A DNA stretch of 56,091 nt, taken from positions 1-56,091 of the forward strand of contig DUNV01000061.1 in the NCBI GenBank assembly GCA_012839215.1, given 5' to 3'. The notes beneath the pieces were generated by a model, which saw nothing but the letters and a program-made list of their open reading frames with translations, was not told the origin of the DNA and made no database searches. Both the position numbers and the translations under genes were made by a program. The DNA is from Bacillota bacterium (lineage in GTDB: Bacteria > Bacillota > Dethiobacteria > DTU022 > UBA8154). Below, piece after piece: positions 7,806-17,572 of the stretch (the stretch's first letter is position 1; every line of letters starts with the position of its first letter).

Positions 7806-10028
7806 TTACCTGGTAAGGCTTTCCAGCACGGCCCGTGCGCTGTCTTTATGGAGGGGCTCATTGTTGTTGCCGCATTTGGGGGAAATAATACACTTGGGGC
7901 ACCCATCCTGGCATGGGCACTCCCTGATAACCTCCAGGGCTTTGGCGGTAAGGACCTCATAATTTTGGTAAAGACGCCGAGAAATACCTATCCCCTCAGG
8001 AAAAGCATCATAAAGAAATAGCTGGCGGGAGGCCGTGCAAACTCCACCCAGATCCCAACGGTCACACATAGCCAGCAGGGGTGCAACGCCAATGAGCAGG
8101 TGCTCTACCGCATGTAGCCCACCGGCAGGATCATTAACTGCTAATTTACTAAAATTTATCCAGATTCCTTCCGTGGTATATTGAAGAGAAAGTGGTCTTT
8201 CCAGGGTGTTTTTTGCCAGCGTTTTACTGAAGGAACGCAGGTTATAACCGTAAACTTCTTCGTCGACCGTAACCCTGCCATAGTGCAAATCGTAGCCGGC
8301 AACCATTCTGGTCCCCAGGACTTCATCAATCTTTACCCTGGTTTCCCTGAGTGGTGTCGTGTAGGTATCCTTATCAAATGGTTTTAGCTTAATTCTGTGG
8401 AAACCCTCATCAAAATCAACAACTTGGTAGGATTCAGCCCGGTGAAGGAAGATGGCCCCGGGGTGGGCCTCGCTGTAAGCCTGCCTTCTGCTCAGCTCCT
8501 CAAGAACCTGCCCATCACAGATTAGCCTATAGCTGCTCCCCTCAATATCGCTGAGACTAACCTTAAAAAAAGAACCACTTCCGTTATAGCGATAACTTTT
8601 TGTGGAGGCAGATGGCCGTCTAGCCTGCTGGTGGCTCTGGAAGGGGCGGATGGCCTTTTCCCTAATGAGTTCACCCACCATACGCTCATATTCCCCCCCA
8701 AACCACCCTGCATCCTCTTTCACCAGGGGAAGCTCCTCGGCGGCGCACATGATATGATTTTTGAGAATCTGCCTGTTCTCCAAGGAAATAATGGCCTGTT
8801 CACTAGGTTCTTCAAAAAGGTAGTGGGGGTTGGCCTGAAGATAGGTATCGAGGGGGTTATCAAAAAGGATTTGCACAACCAGGCTTTCCTGTCCGAGGCG
8901 TCCAGCACGACCCGCCCGCTGATGAAAGGAGGAGATAGTCCCTGGGTAGCCCCCGAGTACCACCACATCCAACCCGCCTATATTGATACCCAGTTCTAGG
9001 GCATTCGTGGAGATAATACCGGCAATTTGTTTTTCTTTAAATTTCTTTTCCAGCTTTCTTCTATCCTCGGGAAGATAACCCGCCCGGTAGGGAACAATCT
9101 CGCGGTCCGTAACCAGCTTGTTGGCCCAGGCCGCCGTCAATTCAGCCATCTTCCTACTAACGGAGAAACAAAGGGTCTGCAGACCATGTTGCACGCTGGC
9201 GGCGGTCAGCTCCGCCGTTTGTAGATGCTGGGAATGATCAGGCTTTCGCGAGGTATCCCAAAAGAGGTACGTTTTTTTCCCCCGGGAACTGCCATCCCTG
9301 TTAACCAATTCAAAATCTTTACCGGTTAATAGCGCGGCGTGCTCCAGGGGATCGGCCATAGTAGCCGAGGAAATAATAAATTGCGGATCGCCCCCATAAT
9401 ATTCCAGGATCCGGCGCAAGCGGCGCAACAAAAAAGCCACATTGGTACCAAATATCCCTCGGTACCAATGTGCCTCATCAATAACAACAAGACGCAACTT
9501 GCGGAAAAAGCCCTTCCACAGCCTATGCCATGCTAGATAATAATGCAAGGCATGGGGATTGCTGAGAATGAGACGTGAATTTTCCCGTATGGACCTGCGC
9601 CTTTCCTTAGGCGTATCGCCATCATAAACGGCGGCCCCCAGCTGGGTAGATGTTTCCTTCTCTAACTCCCTGATCTCCTTGAGCTGATCGTAGGAAAGCG
9701 CCTTCATGGGATAAAGGATCAAGGCAGAAGAGTTAGGAACTTTCAGAAGCTGTTCGAATATAGGTATGGTGAAAGCAAGGGTTTTGCCGGAAGCAGTGGA
9801 GGTAACCAGAGCCACGTTGCTCCCGGAACGCACCTTTTCGATCACTTCGGCCTGATGGCTGTAAAGATATATCTGCTTCCTGCGCAGATACTGCTGCAGG
9901 GCAGCAGGCAATTTACTACTTAGCTTGCCATACCGGGGAGGCACCTCTGCCTTTTCAATAATGGTAGCAACTTGTTTCCTCAGCTCTTTACTGCCTTGAA
10001 TAGTACTAATAAGGTTCCGAATGGACAT
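7806..10028 (-). CDS. DEAD/DEAH-box helicase with a C-terminal DUF1998 4-Cys zinc module (MrfA/YprA-like)
   Basis: Contains TSTASGKTLAF (Walker A), VVIDEAH, QRAGRAGR and the C-terminal CPCQDGCPKCIISPKCGNNNEPL. Confidence 0.85.
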   Translation of the reverse strand: MSIRNLISTIQGSKELRKQVATIIEKAEVPPRYGKLSSKLPAALQQYLRRKQIYLYSHQAEVIEKVRSGSNVALVTSTASGKTLAFTIPIFEQLLKVPNSSALILYPMKALSYDQLKEIRELEKETSTQLGAAVYDGDTPKERRRSIRENSRLILSNPHALHYYLAWHRLWKGFFRKLRLVVIDEAHWYRGIFGTNVAFLLRRLRRILEYYGGDPQFIISSATMADPLEHAALLTGKDFELVNRDGSSRGKKTYLFWDTSRKPDHSQHLQTAELTAASVQHGLQTLCFSVSRKMAELTAAWANKLVTDREIVPYRAGYLPEDRRKLEKKFKEKQIAGIISTNALELGINIGGLDVVVLGGYPGTISSFHQRAGRAGRLGQESLVVQILFDNPLDTYLQANPHYLFEEPSEQAIISLENRQILKNHIMCAAEELPLVKEDAGWFGGEYERMVGELIREKAIRPFQSHQQARRPSASTKSYRYNGSGSFFKVSLSDIEGSSYRLICDGQVLEELSRRQAYSEAHPGAIFLHRAESYQVVDFDEGFHRIKLKPFDKDTYTTPLRETRVKIDEVLGTRMVAGYDLHYGRVTVDEEVYGYNLRSFSKTLAKNTLERPLSLQYTTEGIWINFSKLAVNDPAGGLHAVEHLLIGVAPLLAMCDRWDLGGVCTASRQLFLYDAFPEGIGISRRLYQNYEVLTAKALEVIRECPCQDGCPKCIISPKCGNNNEPLHKDSARAVLESLTR

Positions 10029-10098
10029 TTTTCCTCCTACCCCGCCGGCAATTAGATCCTTTATGCGGCAGAATCTTGGTTTGAAACCTTTGTTTTAT

Positions 10099-11724
10099 CT
10101 ATGTTTCTCTCAACATTCTGCGTAACAGTTTTCCGGAGGAGCTTTTGGGAATTTCATCCAAGATTTTAATGCTTTTCGGGCATTTGAAGGCAGCAAGGTG
10201 TTGCCGGCAAAGGGCAATCAGTTCTTCTACCGAGCTTTGTTCGCCATCCTTCAGGGCGACGAAGGCAGCAACCTCCTCGCCATAGAGTTCATCGGGAATA
10301 CCTAGACATGCCGCGTCCTTTACCGCCTTGTGGCGATAAAGGACTTCCTCTATCTCCCTGGGGTAGATATTCTCACCGCCTCTAATGATCATATCGGTTT
10401 TACGATCGACGATAAAGAAATAACCATCCTCATCAAAATAGCCAATATCTCCCGTATAAAACCATCCATCCACAAAGGCAGCCTCGGTGGCCCCGGGATT
10501 TTTATAATACCCCTTCATAACATTTTCACCGCGGACGATTATCTCTCCCCGCTCGTTGGGGCCGAGAAATTTTCCTGTTTCATCTACCACCCGCATTTCA
10601 TTTCCCAGGGGCAAACCCACCGAACCAATCTTTCTATAGCCGTCGTCTTGACCATAAACTGCCTTTCCCGGCGGCGGCAAAAGGTTAAATGTAGAACGGC
10701 AGGTCGTTTCTGTCATCCCGTATCCCTCGATGACCGGCACTTGAAAAGTGGTTTCAAACTTTATTTGCACCTCCCGGGGGACAGGGGCTGAACCACAAAA
10801 AACAATCTTCAAGTGGCTGTCCTCCGGCCTATCCTCTGCTGTCCTTTTGTTTAGCAACATGGAAAGCATTGTGGCCACGGTCCCTGTATATGTTACTCCG
10901 TAATCGCCGATATGTTTGAAAAAGTTTCTTACGCTAAATCTCCTAGGCAGCACAATGCTCCCACCGTGATAGAGTGGTGTCATAACTGTGACGATCTGCC
11001 CGTTAATATGGAAAAGGGGCATAACACACATGGCGCGGTCCGCTTCCTTCAACCCCATGCGGGCCACGATCCAGTGAGCGTCAATGATCATATTATGGTG
11101 TGTGAGCATGGCCCCTTTGGGCCTACCAGTCGTCCCGGAGGTATACATAATCTGTGCCACATCGTCAGGTGCCAGGGGGACATCTAATATCTCCTGCCGA
11201 AGTTCTGTTTTCTCCCGCGCCAGGAGGGGGCGGGGACTGATCAGCTTCCCGGTGCCCATTTTGGGTGAAAATCCTTGCGGCAAATCCCAGGCTAGTAAAA
11301 TAATGTCGAGCTTTTCCGCCAGCAACACTTGCTCTGCCTGCTGCAGGCAATCCTCTGAGGCAAACAGGGCCACGCTATCCGAATTGCGCAAAATATAACC
11401 GATCTCCTCAGTTTTTAGGTTGATATTCAAGGGAATGATCACCGCACCCAGTTGAATAATGCCAAAGTAGGACCACAGATATTCAGGGCTGTTTGACATA
11501 AAAATTGTCACCTTATCCCCCGGTCTGATACCCTGGTTCCAAAGCAGATTGCTCACCCCGTTGACCTTCTCCAAAAATTCATCATAGGAATATCCTCTTT
11601 TTACCATAGGATCGTAAAGGAAAGGTTTTGCACCATAATAGGAACACCTGTCGTGCAGCAACATGCGGCAGGTCATCTTTTCCTCCAACACCGGCAACCC
11701 TGCTGGTTTCATGTAGTTTTCCAT
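10099..11724 (-). CDS. AMP-dependent acyl-CoA synthetase/ligase (long-chain fatty acid-CoA ligase-like)
   Basis: Contains MYTSGTTGRPKGAMLTHHN, GYGMTET, YTGDIGYFDEDGYFFIVDRKTDMIIRGGENIYP and SSGKLLRR. Confidence 0.9.
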   Translation of the reverse strand: MENYMKPAGLPVLEEKMTCRMLLHDRCSYYGAKPFLYDPMVKRGYSYDEFLEKVNGVSNLLWNQGIRPGDKVTIFMSNSPEYLWSYFGIIQLGAVIIPLNINLKTEEIGYILRNSDSVALFASEDCLQQAEQVLLAEKLDIILLAWDLPQGFSPKMGTGKLISPRPLLAREKTELRQEILDVPLAPDDVAQIMYTSGTTGRPKGAMLTHHNMIIDAHWIVARMGLKEADRAMCVMPLFHINGQIVTVMTPLYHGGSIVLPRRFSVRNFFKHIGDYGVTYTGTVATMLSMLLNKRTAEDRPEDSHLKIVFCGSAPVPREVQIKFETTFQVPVIEGYGMTETTCRSTFNLLPPPGKAVYGQDDGYRKIGSVGLPLGNEMRVVDETGKFLGPNERGEIIVRGENVMKGYYKNPGATEAAFVDGWFYTGDIGYFDEDGYFFIVDRKTDMIIRGGENIYPREIEEVLYRHKAVKDAACLGIPDELYGEEVAAFVALKDGEQSSVEELIALCRQHLAAFKCPKSIKILDEIPKSSSGKLLRRMLRET

Positions 11725-11769
11725 CTGCTATGCTCCCTTCTTTTAGCCGAAAAAACATATTTTTAAAAG

Positions 11770-11795
11770 AAAAAAACCCCCGTGTATCATGAGGG
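11770..11795 (-). terminator. Rho-independent terminator after tRNA-Gly
   Basis: The minus transcript reads CCCUC-AUGAUACAC-GGGGG-UUUUUUU. The stem is 5 bp including one G-U pair. Confidence 0.5.
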
Positions 11796-11810
11796 TTTTC
11801 TCATTATTTT

Positions 11811-11884
11811 TGGAGCGGGTGATGGGAATCGAACCCACACGACTGGCTTGGGAAGCCAGGGCTCTGCCACTGAGCTACACCCGC
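11811..11884 (-). tRNA. tRNA-Gly (anticodon CCC) with encoded CCA
   Basis: GCGGGTG-TA-GCTC-AGTGGCA-GAGC-C-CTGGC-TTCCCAA-GCCAG-TCGT-GTGGG-TTCGATT-CCCAT-CACCCGC-T-CCA folds into a cloverleaf by hand. Confidence 0.9.
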
Positions 11885-12564
11885 CTGATCTCCAGATAAC
11901 GTTCAAGTTTACGCTTTACCCTTTGCAGCGCGTTATCGATAGATTTGACATGTCTTCGCAATTCCGTGGAAATTTCCTGATAAGATTTACCCTCGAGGTA
12001 AAGCATTAAAACGCGCCATTCCAGGTCGCTCAAAATTTCTCCCATTTTAAATTCGATATCGAAATATTCCTCACGGTTAATCATCAGCTCTTCCGGATCC
12101 GTCACCTTGGTCCCGGAAAGGATATCCAAAAGGGTGCGATCGGAGTCTTCGTCATAAATGGGCTTATTCAAGGAAACATAGGAGTTAAGAGGGATATGTT
12201 TTTGCCTGGTCGCCGTTTTTATCGCCGTGATAATCTGCCGTGTAATGCAAAGTTCAGCAAAGGCCCTGAATGAGGAAAGCTTGTCACCCCTGAAATCGCG
12301 GATCGCCTTGTAGAGGCCGATCATTCCCTCTTGAATAATATCTTCCCTGTCTGCGCCGATTAAAAAATAGGAGCGTGCCTTGGCCTTGACAAAATTCCGA
12401 TATTTGTTAATGAGATACTCCAGAGCGATGTCGTTTCCTTCCTTGGCTTCCCCGGCAACTTCTTCATCTGTTTTTTGTTCGTATTCTTCAGTCCTAAGAA
12501 AATTTAGTTCCGCGCATGCACTATTTTCCTCCCCCAACCCTTGTGCCGTCAAGCCCACTAACAT
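11875..12564 (-). CDS. sigH: RNA polymerase sporulation sigma factor SigH
   Basis: YLINKYRNFVKAKARSYFLIGADREDIIQEGMIGLYKAIRDF...ATRQKHIPLNSY...RHVKSIDNALQRVKRKLERYLEI is near-identical in pattern to Bacillus SigH. The N-terminal start is uncertain. Confidence 0.9.
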   Translation of the reverse strand: MLVGLTAQGLGEENSACAELNFLRTEEYEQKTDEEVAGEAKEGNDIALEYLINKYRNFVKAKARSYFLIGADREDIIQEGMIGLYKAIRDFRGDKLSSFRAFAELCITRQIITAIKTATRQKHIPLNSYVSLNKPIYDEDSDRTLLDILSGTKVTDPEELMINREEYFDIEFKMGEILSDLEWRVLMLYLEGKSYQEISTELRRHVKSIDNALQRVKRKLERYLEIRRV

Positions 12565-12689
12565 CGCCTCCGTTGCTATATTGGGAGAACTCCTACTTCG
12601 CTATTATATCTTATGCCCCAAGTAGCGTCAAGCCTTTCTTGCGGCAATGTTTGGCCATGGTTTAAAGCCGAAAAGTCCCCAGGTAGAGC

Positions 12690-13193
12690 CTACCGGCGAC
12701 GCCATTTTTCCAGAAATGTTCTCGTCCGATGGGAAAGCCTTTCGTCCAGGGATTCCCTTGGTGGCGGCAAGTCAAAATGTTTTCTCAGATCCACCCGGTA
12801 ATCCTCCAGGAGCTCTCGCAGTTCCCTGGAGGAGATCCTGCGCCCTCCTTTCCAAAGAACAAGATTTTGTTCGAGATGATCAGAGGAGGCAACCTCTACT
12901 TCTTCCCCCAACTCCCGCAAATCGGACACCAATCGCTCTATAAAGGAATCGGCCGTCTGCCCCTCGGCAGTAAAAACTACCTTGATGTTTTTTCCTTCCA
13001 AATGGGAATGGGCTTTCCCTTTGACCTGATAGGCATCATAAACGATAATGATTTTTTCCCAAAGCAGGGGTACAAATTCATCAAGGATATCAGCCAGCTT
13101 GGCCCTAGCAGCGTCCAGGTTCTCCTGGCATAAAACCTCCAGATCAGGCCAGTTGTTAATAATGTTATACCCATCTACAAGAAGCAAGGACAT
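12690..13193 (-). CDS. yacP: NYN-domain ribonuclease YacP/Rae1 family
   Basis: MSLLLVDGYNIINNWPDL.... Positioned between rlmB and sigH as in Bacillus. The start is taken at the ATG at 13191-13193 rather than the longer track ORF (to 13277), which overlaps rlmB. Confidence 0.8.
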   Translation of the reverse strand: MSLLLVDGYNIINNWPDLEVLCQENLDAARAKLADILDEFVPLLWEKIIIVYDAYQVKGKAHSHLEGKNIKVVFTAEGQTADSFIERLVSDLRELGEEVEVASSDHLEQNLVLWKGGRRISSRELRELLEDYRVDLRKHFDLPPPRESLDERLSHRTRTFLEKWRRR

Positions 13194-13212
13194 TTTTATT
13201 CTCCTACAGTAA

Positions 13213-13983
13213 TCAACCCCCAGGTCCCCGCTGCCGGAAAATTTCATACATAATAATACCCGCGGCCACAGCAGCATTTAGGGAGGAAACCGCCTGCCCC
13301 ATGGGAATGCGCAGCAAAAAATCACATTTATCCCTCAATAATCGGGACAGACCTTTGCCCTCGCCACCGATAACAAGTACGAGGGGGAGTCGAAAGTCAG
13401 CCTTAAAGAAGGGCAGATCTCCATCCATGTCCGCTCCCATGATCCATAGCCCTTCCTTTTTGAAAAAGTCAACATCCCTAGCCAGGTTGACCGTTCGGGC
13501 AACCGGTACATGCGCCAGAGCACCTGCAGAACCTTTAAAGACAGCCGGGGTCACCCCGCAGGCCCTGTCCCGGGGGATGATTGCTCCCCCTGCGCCGGTC
13601 AGGGCTGCCGTCCTGAGCAGTGAACCGAAATTATAGGGATCCTGCAGATGATCCAACATGAGCAGAAAGGGTAGCCCGCCCCCATGGCGTGCCCGCTGTA
13701 GCAATTCCCCTGATGTAAGGTATTGATAAGGGACCAAGGAGGCAACAATTCCCTGGTGCTTTTCCCCCGGGGCCTTTTGTTCCAGTATGGCACGGGGCAC
13801 CTGCCTGACGGGGATCCCCTTTTCCGCGGCAAGTTTTTTGATCCGCCTGATAATACCCCCATCGATCCCCTCTTGAAGGCTTATTTCCCGGACAGGTAAA
13901 AACCCCTTCAATGATTCCAGCACGGGGTGACGCCCGAAGATTAAATCAGATTCTTCTTTTTTTATCCCGTTTTTTTTCCTCAC
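13213..13983 (-). CDS. rlmB: 23S rRNA (guanosine-2'-O)-methyltransferase, SpoU/TrmH group 3
   Basis: Contains FGRHPVLESL, LDHLQDPYNFGSLLRTA, LVIGGEGKGLSRL and SLNAAVAAGIIMYE. Confidence 0.85.
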   Translation of the reverse strand: MRKKNGIKKEESDLIFGRHPVLESLKGFLPVREISLQEGIDGGIIRRIKKLAAEKGIPVRQVPRAILEQKAPGEKHQGIVASLVPYQYLTSGELLQRARHGGGLPFLLMLDHLQDPYNFGSLLRTAALTGAGGAIIPRDRACGVTPAVFKGSAGALAHVPVARTVNLARDVDFFKKEGLWIMGADMDGDLPFFKADFRLPLVLVIGGEGKGLSRLLRDKCDFLLRIPMGQAVSSLNAAVAAGIIMYEIFRQRGPGG

Positions 13984-14041
13984 CAGTTTTCCTTTTTGAA
14001 AAATATAATACCCGGCAAAGTAAGTTTATGCAGTTGGAACG

Positions 14042-14860
14042 CTAATAATTTCTTTTTAAAATTTCCAGGGCTTCATTCCTGGTGGGCACCCTTCCCCGAC
14101 AATCCTTGTGCTGAAAATCGTTTTCCGGACAATAGCCCAAAACCCGGCAATTGGGGCCCGCCTGGGCGAAAAGATCGGGGGCGGCCTCTTTGCACAAGGC
14201 CAACATCTTGTTGGCCATATCCCTTATTTCCGCCTGTGCATTTTTGCAGCACCTGATCGCAAACCAATCCATCAGTGCATGTGCATTCATACCAATAAGG
14301 CCCTTAAATTCGGTTGCCTGCGGTTTAAGATAGCGCAGGTCCTCTTCAGGTATACTTTTCTCTACACCACGGGCATACCATGCCTCGATAAGCCTTAAAA
14401 TTAGATCCGCCTCGACCTGTAAATCCACATCCGGCGGTTGAAGATCCTTTAAAAGGTTACCCAGAGGTGTTCCATCCTTGGCCCGGAGCCTGTCAATAGG
14501 AATTTCAAAATTCAATGACAGGCCCCTAATACCTTTGGGCAGGACCATATCAAAAGAACGTTTGCCTTTTTTGTCAGTCCGGCCGGATTTAATAATATAT
14601 GAGGCAATTCTTTTCCTGACCAGCTGTGTTTCAGTAACCCGGGAATAGCCCTCCACGCCGAAAATAAAATAGTCAAACTCCACAGCTGCCTTGTGCCCGC
14701 TGTTGATAATGTTGTAAACCAATCTTTTATCATAGGGAGAGGCGATTATTTCATCTAGGGATCGTTCTGATTTAACAAACTTTGCGGCGATATCGGTGTA
14801 TATTTTCCCTCCACCGGCAATTAAAACCACCTTGCCATCCCCTACGCTCATAAGATTCAT
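14042..14860 (-). CDS. ThyX-family (flavin-dependent thymidylate synthase-like) protein with substitutions at conserved positions
   Basis: SGHKAAVEFDYFIFGVEGYSRVTETQLVRKRIASYIIKSGRT compares with the canonical GHxxxxEH...SRxxxxQxxRHRxxSxxxxSxRY. The start is chosen at MNLMS (14858-14860), just after the cysS stop. Confidence 0.7.
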   Translation of the reverse strand: MNLMSVGDGKVVLIAGGGKIYTDIAAKFVKSERSLDEIIASPYDKRLVYNIINSGHKAAVEFDYFIFGVEGYSRVTETQLVRKRIASYIIKSGRTDKKGKRSFDMVLPKGIRGLSLNFEIPIDRLRAKDGTPLGNLLKDLQPPDVDLQVEADLILRLIEAWYARGVEKSIPEEDLRYLKPQATEFKGLIGMNAHALMDWFAIRCCKNAQAEIRDMANKMLALCKEAAPDLFAQAGPNCRVLGYCPENDFQHKDCRGRVPTRNEALEILKRNY

Positions 14861-14867
14861 GCCATTT

Positions 14868-16292
14868 TCACTTCTCCCCGCCATAGACTTTCCAGCGAAC
14901 ACCTTGTGGCGTATCTTCGAGAAGGATATTTTTTTCCCTTAGCTGATCGCGGATGGCATCAGCAAGTTCCCAGTTTTTCTCACGCCTGGCTTTTTCCCTG
15001 GTGTTGATCAATTCTTCTATTTCTTGATCGAGATCGGAGACAGTTTCCAGCCCTTCGGTAAGAAAGCCAAATATTTTATCAACTTCCTGGTAAAAGGCTA
15101 GTATGGGTTGTAAAACATTGCGTTTTTGCTCCGCAAAGCGATCAAGATAAACATTGGTCTTTCTGGCCAGTTCAAAAAGCACGGCTATTCCTTCAGCGGT
15201 ATTAAAATCATCATCCATCACTTCGATAAAGCGTTCCCTGCTGGCCCCCAAAAAATCCAGCAACTCCTGCTCTTCATCGCGCAGATCACCTTCGGGTACC
15301 TTTTCCAGACGCTCCTGCAACTTATAAAGGAGGGTGGTAAGTCTTTCTAGTGCCCTCCCGGCCTGATCGAGATGTTCCCGGGAAAAGTTGATAGGACTGC
15401 GGTAGTGAGAGGAAAGCATAAAGTAACGCAGGATCATCGGATCAACTTCCTTCACCAGCTTCCGCACCGTTAGAACATTGCCCAGGCTTTTAGACATTTT
15501 TTCTTCATCAATATTCAGGTAGCCCAAGTGGAGCCAATGCCGGGCAAAAGGTTTGCCTGTGGCGCCCTCGCTTTGGGCAATTTCATTTTCATGGTGGGGA
15601 AAAATAAGGTCCTGCCCGCCCCCGTGGATATCCAGTGTATCACCCAGGTAGGCCATGGACATCGCCGAACATTCAATATGCCATCCCGGGCGCCCCCTGC
15701 CCCAGGGACTTTCCCAGGAGGGCTCACCAGGCTTCGCTTTTTTCCAAACGGCAAAATCCATGGGATGACGTTTTCGCTCGTCGATCTCCACCCTAGCCCC
15801 CAGCGATAATTCATCCAAATTTTGATAGGAAAGTTTTCCGTAAGAGGCAAAAGAATCAATATGGTAATAAATATCACCATCGAGTTCGTAGGCTAGTCCT
15901 TTTTCCATCAGTTTTTCTATCAGTGCGATGATCTGGGGAATATGTTCGGTTGCCCGGGGATGATGATCAGCCGGCCATATCCCCAGGGCCTTTGTATCCT
16001 CCTCGTAAGCCTGGATAAACCTGTCCGCCAGCTCGCTTACGGAAACCCCCTGCTCAGCTGCCCTCCGGATCATTTTATCATCCACATCGGTAAAATTCTG
16101 CACAAAGGTAACCTCAAAACCACGGTATTGGAGATAACGCCTGAGTACATCGAAAACAAGAAAAACCCGGGCGTTACCGATATGAAAATAATCATAGACG
16201 GTGGGCCCGCAGGCATAAATGCCGATTTTCCCCTCCTGCACAGGTTGCAAAGGGTCCTTTTTTCTACTGAGTGTATTATAGAGCCTGATCAA
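14868..16292 (-). CDS. cysS: Cysteine--tRNA ligase
   Basis: Contains the HIGNAR (HIGH) and KMSKSLGN (KMSKS) motifs over a full-length class I pattern. Confidence 0.95.
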   Translation of the reverse strand: MIRLYNTLSRKKDPLQPVQEGKIGIYACGPTVYDYFHIGNARVFLVFDVLRRYLQYRGFEVTFVQNFTDVDDKMIRRAAEQGVSVSELADRFIQAYEEDTKALGIWPADHHPRATEHIPQIIALIEKLMEKGLAYELDGDIYYHIDSFASYGKLSYQNLDELSLGARVEIDERKRHPMDFAVWKKAKPGEPSWESPWGRGRPGWHIECSAMSMAYLGDTLDIHGGGQDLIFPHHENEIAQSEGATGKPFARHWLHLGYLNIDEEKMSKSLGNVLTVRKLVKEVDPMILRYFMLSSHYRSPINFSREHLDQAGRALERLTTLLYKLQERLEKVPEGDLRDEEQELLDFLGASRERFIEVMDDDFNTAEGIAVLFELARKTNVYLDRFAEQKRNVLQPILAFYQEVDKIFGFLTEGLETVSDLDQEIEELINTREKARREKNWELADAIRDQLREKNILLEDTPQGVRWKVYGGEK

Positions 16293-16785
16293 TTTTTATC
16301 CCCCCACTATTTTGCAATATAGTGATCGCCTGAGCGGCAATCCCCTCTCCCCTGCCGGTAAAGCCAAGCCTTTCCGTCGTGGTGGCCTTGATGGAAATAG
16401 CCTCCCTGGGCACATGGAGGGCTCCGGCGATATTCTGGCGCATTTCATCTATGTACATGGAAAAACGAGGCCTTTCGGCCACGATCACGCTGTCTACATT
16501 GCCAACAGTATAACCGGCCCCCCTAAGCAAAGCAAGCGTCTCTTTAAGAAGTAAAAGGCTGGAAATCCCCTTAAAACGGGGATCCCCAGCAGGAAAGTGC
16601 CTACCAATATCCCCTAGGGCTGCCGCGCCCAAAAGGGCATCTATGATGGCATGAACAAGCACGTCAGCATCGGAATACCCTGCCAGTCCATAGGAAAAGG
16701 GAATCCTGACCCCACCGAGAATGAGCGGTAAACCCTTAGCCAGGGGATGAACATCATAGCCGATACCAATTCTGTAGTCCAGCAC
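16276..16785 (-). CDS. ispF: 2-C-methyl-D-erythritol 2,4-cyclodiphosphate synthase
   Basis: Contains RIGIGYDVHPL..., GYSDADVLVHAIIDALLGA and DIGRHFP. A GTG start at 16783-16785 gives the usual MLDYRIGIGYD N terminus. The track ORF extends to 16854. Confidence 0.9.
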   Translation of the reverse strand: MLDYRIGIGYDVHPLAKGLPLILGGVRIPFSYGLAGYSDADVLVHAIIDALLGAAALGDIGRHFPAGDPRFKGISSLLLLKETLALLRGAGYTVGNVDSVIVAERPRFSMYIDEMRQNIAGALHVPREAISIKATTTERLGFTGRGEGIAAQAITILQNSGGIKIDQAL

Positions 16786-16816
16786 CGTGTAAACACGCCC
16801 CCCACAGGTTTCCTTA

Positions 16817-17521
16817 TCAGAATGGATAAAGGACCCGGGCAATTTCCAGATCATGCGGGGTGGTCAGCTTGATATTGCTGTAATCACCCGGAACAACTTT
16901 AACAGGCATGCCCATCCTCTCCACAAGAACAGCATCATCGCTGCCCGCAAAACCATCTCCCCGGGCCTTAAGATGGGCCCCCCAAATTATGGAGAAACGA
17001 AAACATTGGGGTGTCTGTGCCAGCAGCAAATGTTCCCGGGGCGGCGTATCCTGCACAAACCCTGCTTCGTCAATCCTTTTGACAGTATCCTTGGGTGCCA
17101 CCCCGACAAGTGCTGCGCCCAGCTCCCCGGCGGCAAGCAGGGCACTTCGGACAAGCGAACCGGAAACCAATGGACGTGCGCCATCATGGATACAGATAAT
17201 CGTCTCGCCCGTGATACCCTTGCCACGAAGAAAAGTAAGTGCATTAAAAACCGAATCCTGCCTTGTCCTGCCGCCCGTAACAGGAAAAAACAGTTCCTTT
17301 ACTTCGCTAAAATACGGTAGTAAAATCAGGTCCCTGAAATATTCTTCCTCCCCGGGGGCAATAACCGGAATAATGCGGGAAAAAAGGCCCAGATCCGTAA
17401 ACACCTCAAGGGTATGGGCGAGTACCGGCCTTTTGCCTAACAAAAGATAGGGCTTATTAGCATCCCCTCCCATGCGTTTTCCCTGCCCCGCCGCGGGTAC
17501 TATCACCACCGGATCGGCCAT
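16817..17521 (-). CDS. ispD: 2-C-methyl-D-erythritol 4-phosphate cytidylyltransferase
   Basis: Contains VVIVPAAGQGKRMG, IHDGARPLV and AQTPQCFRF. Confidence 0.9.
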   Translation of the reverse strand: MADPVVIVPAAGQGKRMGGDANKPYLLLGKRPVLAHTLEVFTDLGLFSRIIPVIAPGEEEYFRDLILLPYFSEVKELFFPVTGGRTRQDSVFNALTFLRGKGITGETIICIHDGARPLVSGSLVRSALLAAGELGAALVGVAPKDTVKRIDEAGFVQDTPPREHLLLAQTPQCFRFSIIWGAHLKARGDGFAGSDDAVLVERMGMPVKVVPGDYSNIKLTTPHDLEIARVLYPF

Positions 17522-17572
17522 AAAATACCCCCTATTACGCAAAAACTTTTTCTGTGAACCTGGTTTTAACAG

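Noticed and set aside
16908-17450. 180-aa and 155-aa plus-strand ORFs; likewise the 184-aa minus-strand ORF at 48975..49529
   Set aside because: They are antisense to ispD and to the cysteine desulfurase respectively. They are shadow ORFs with no signals.
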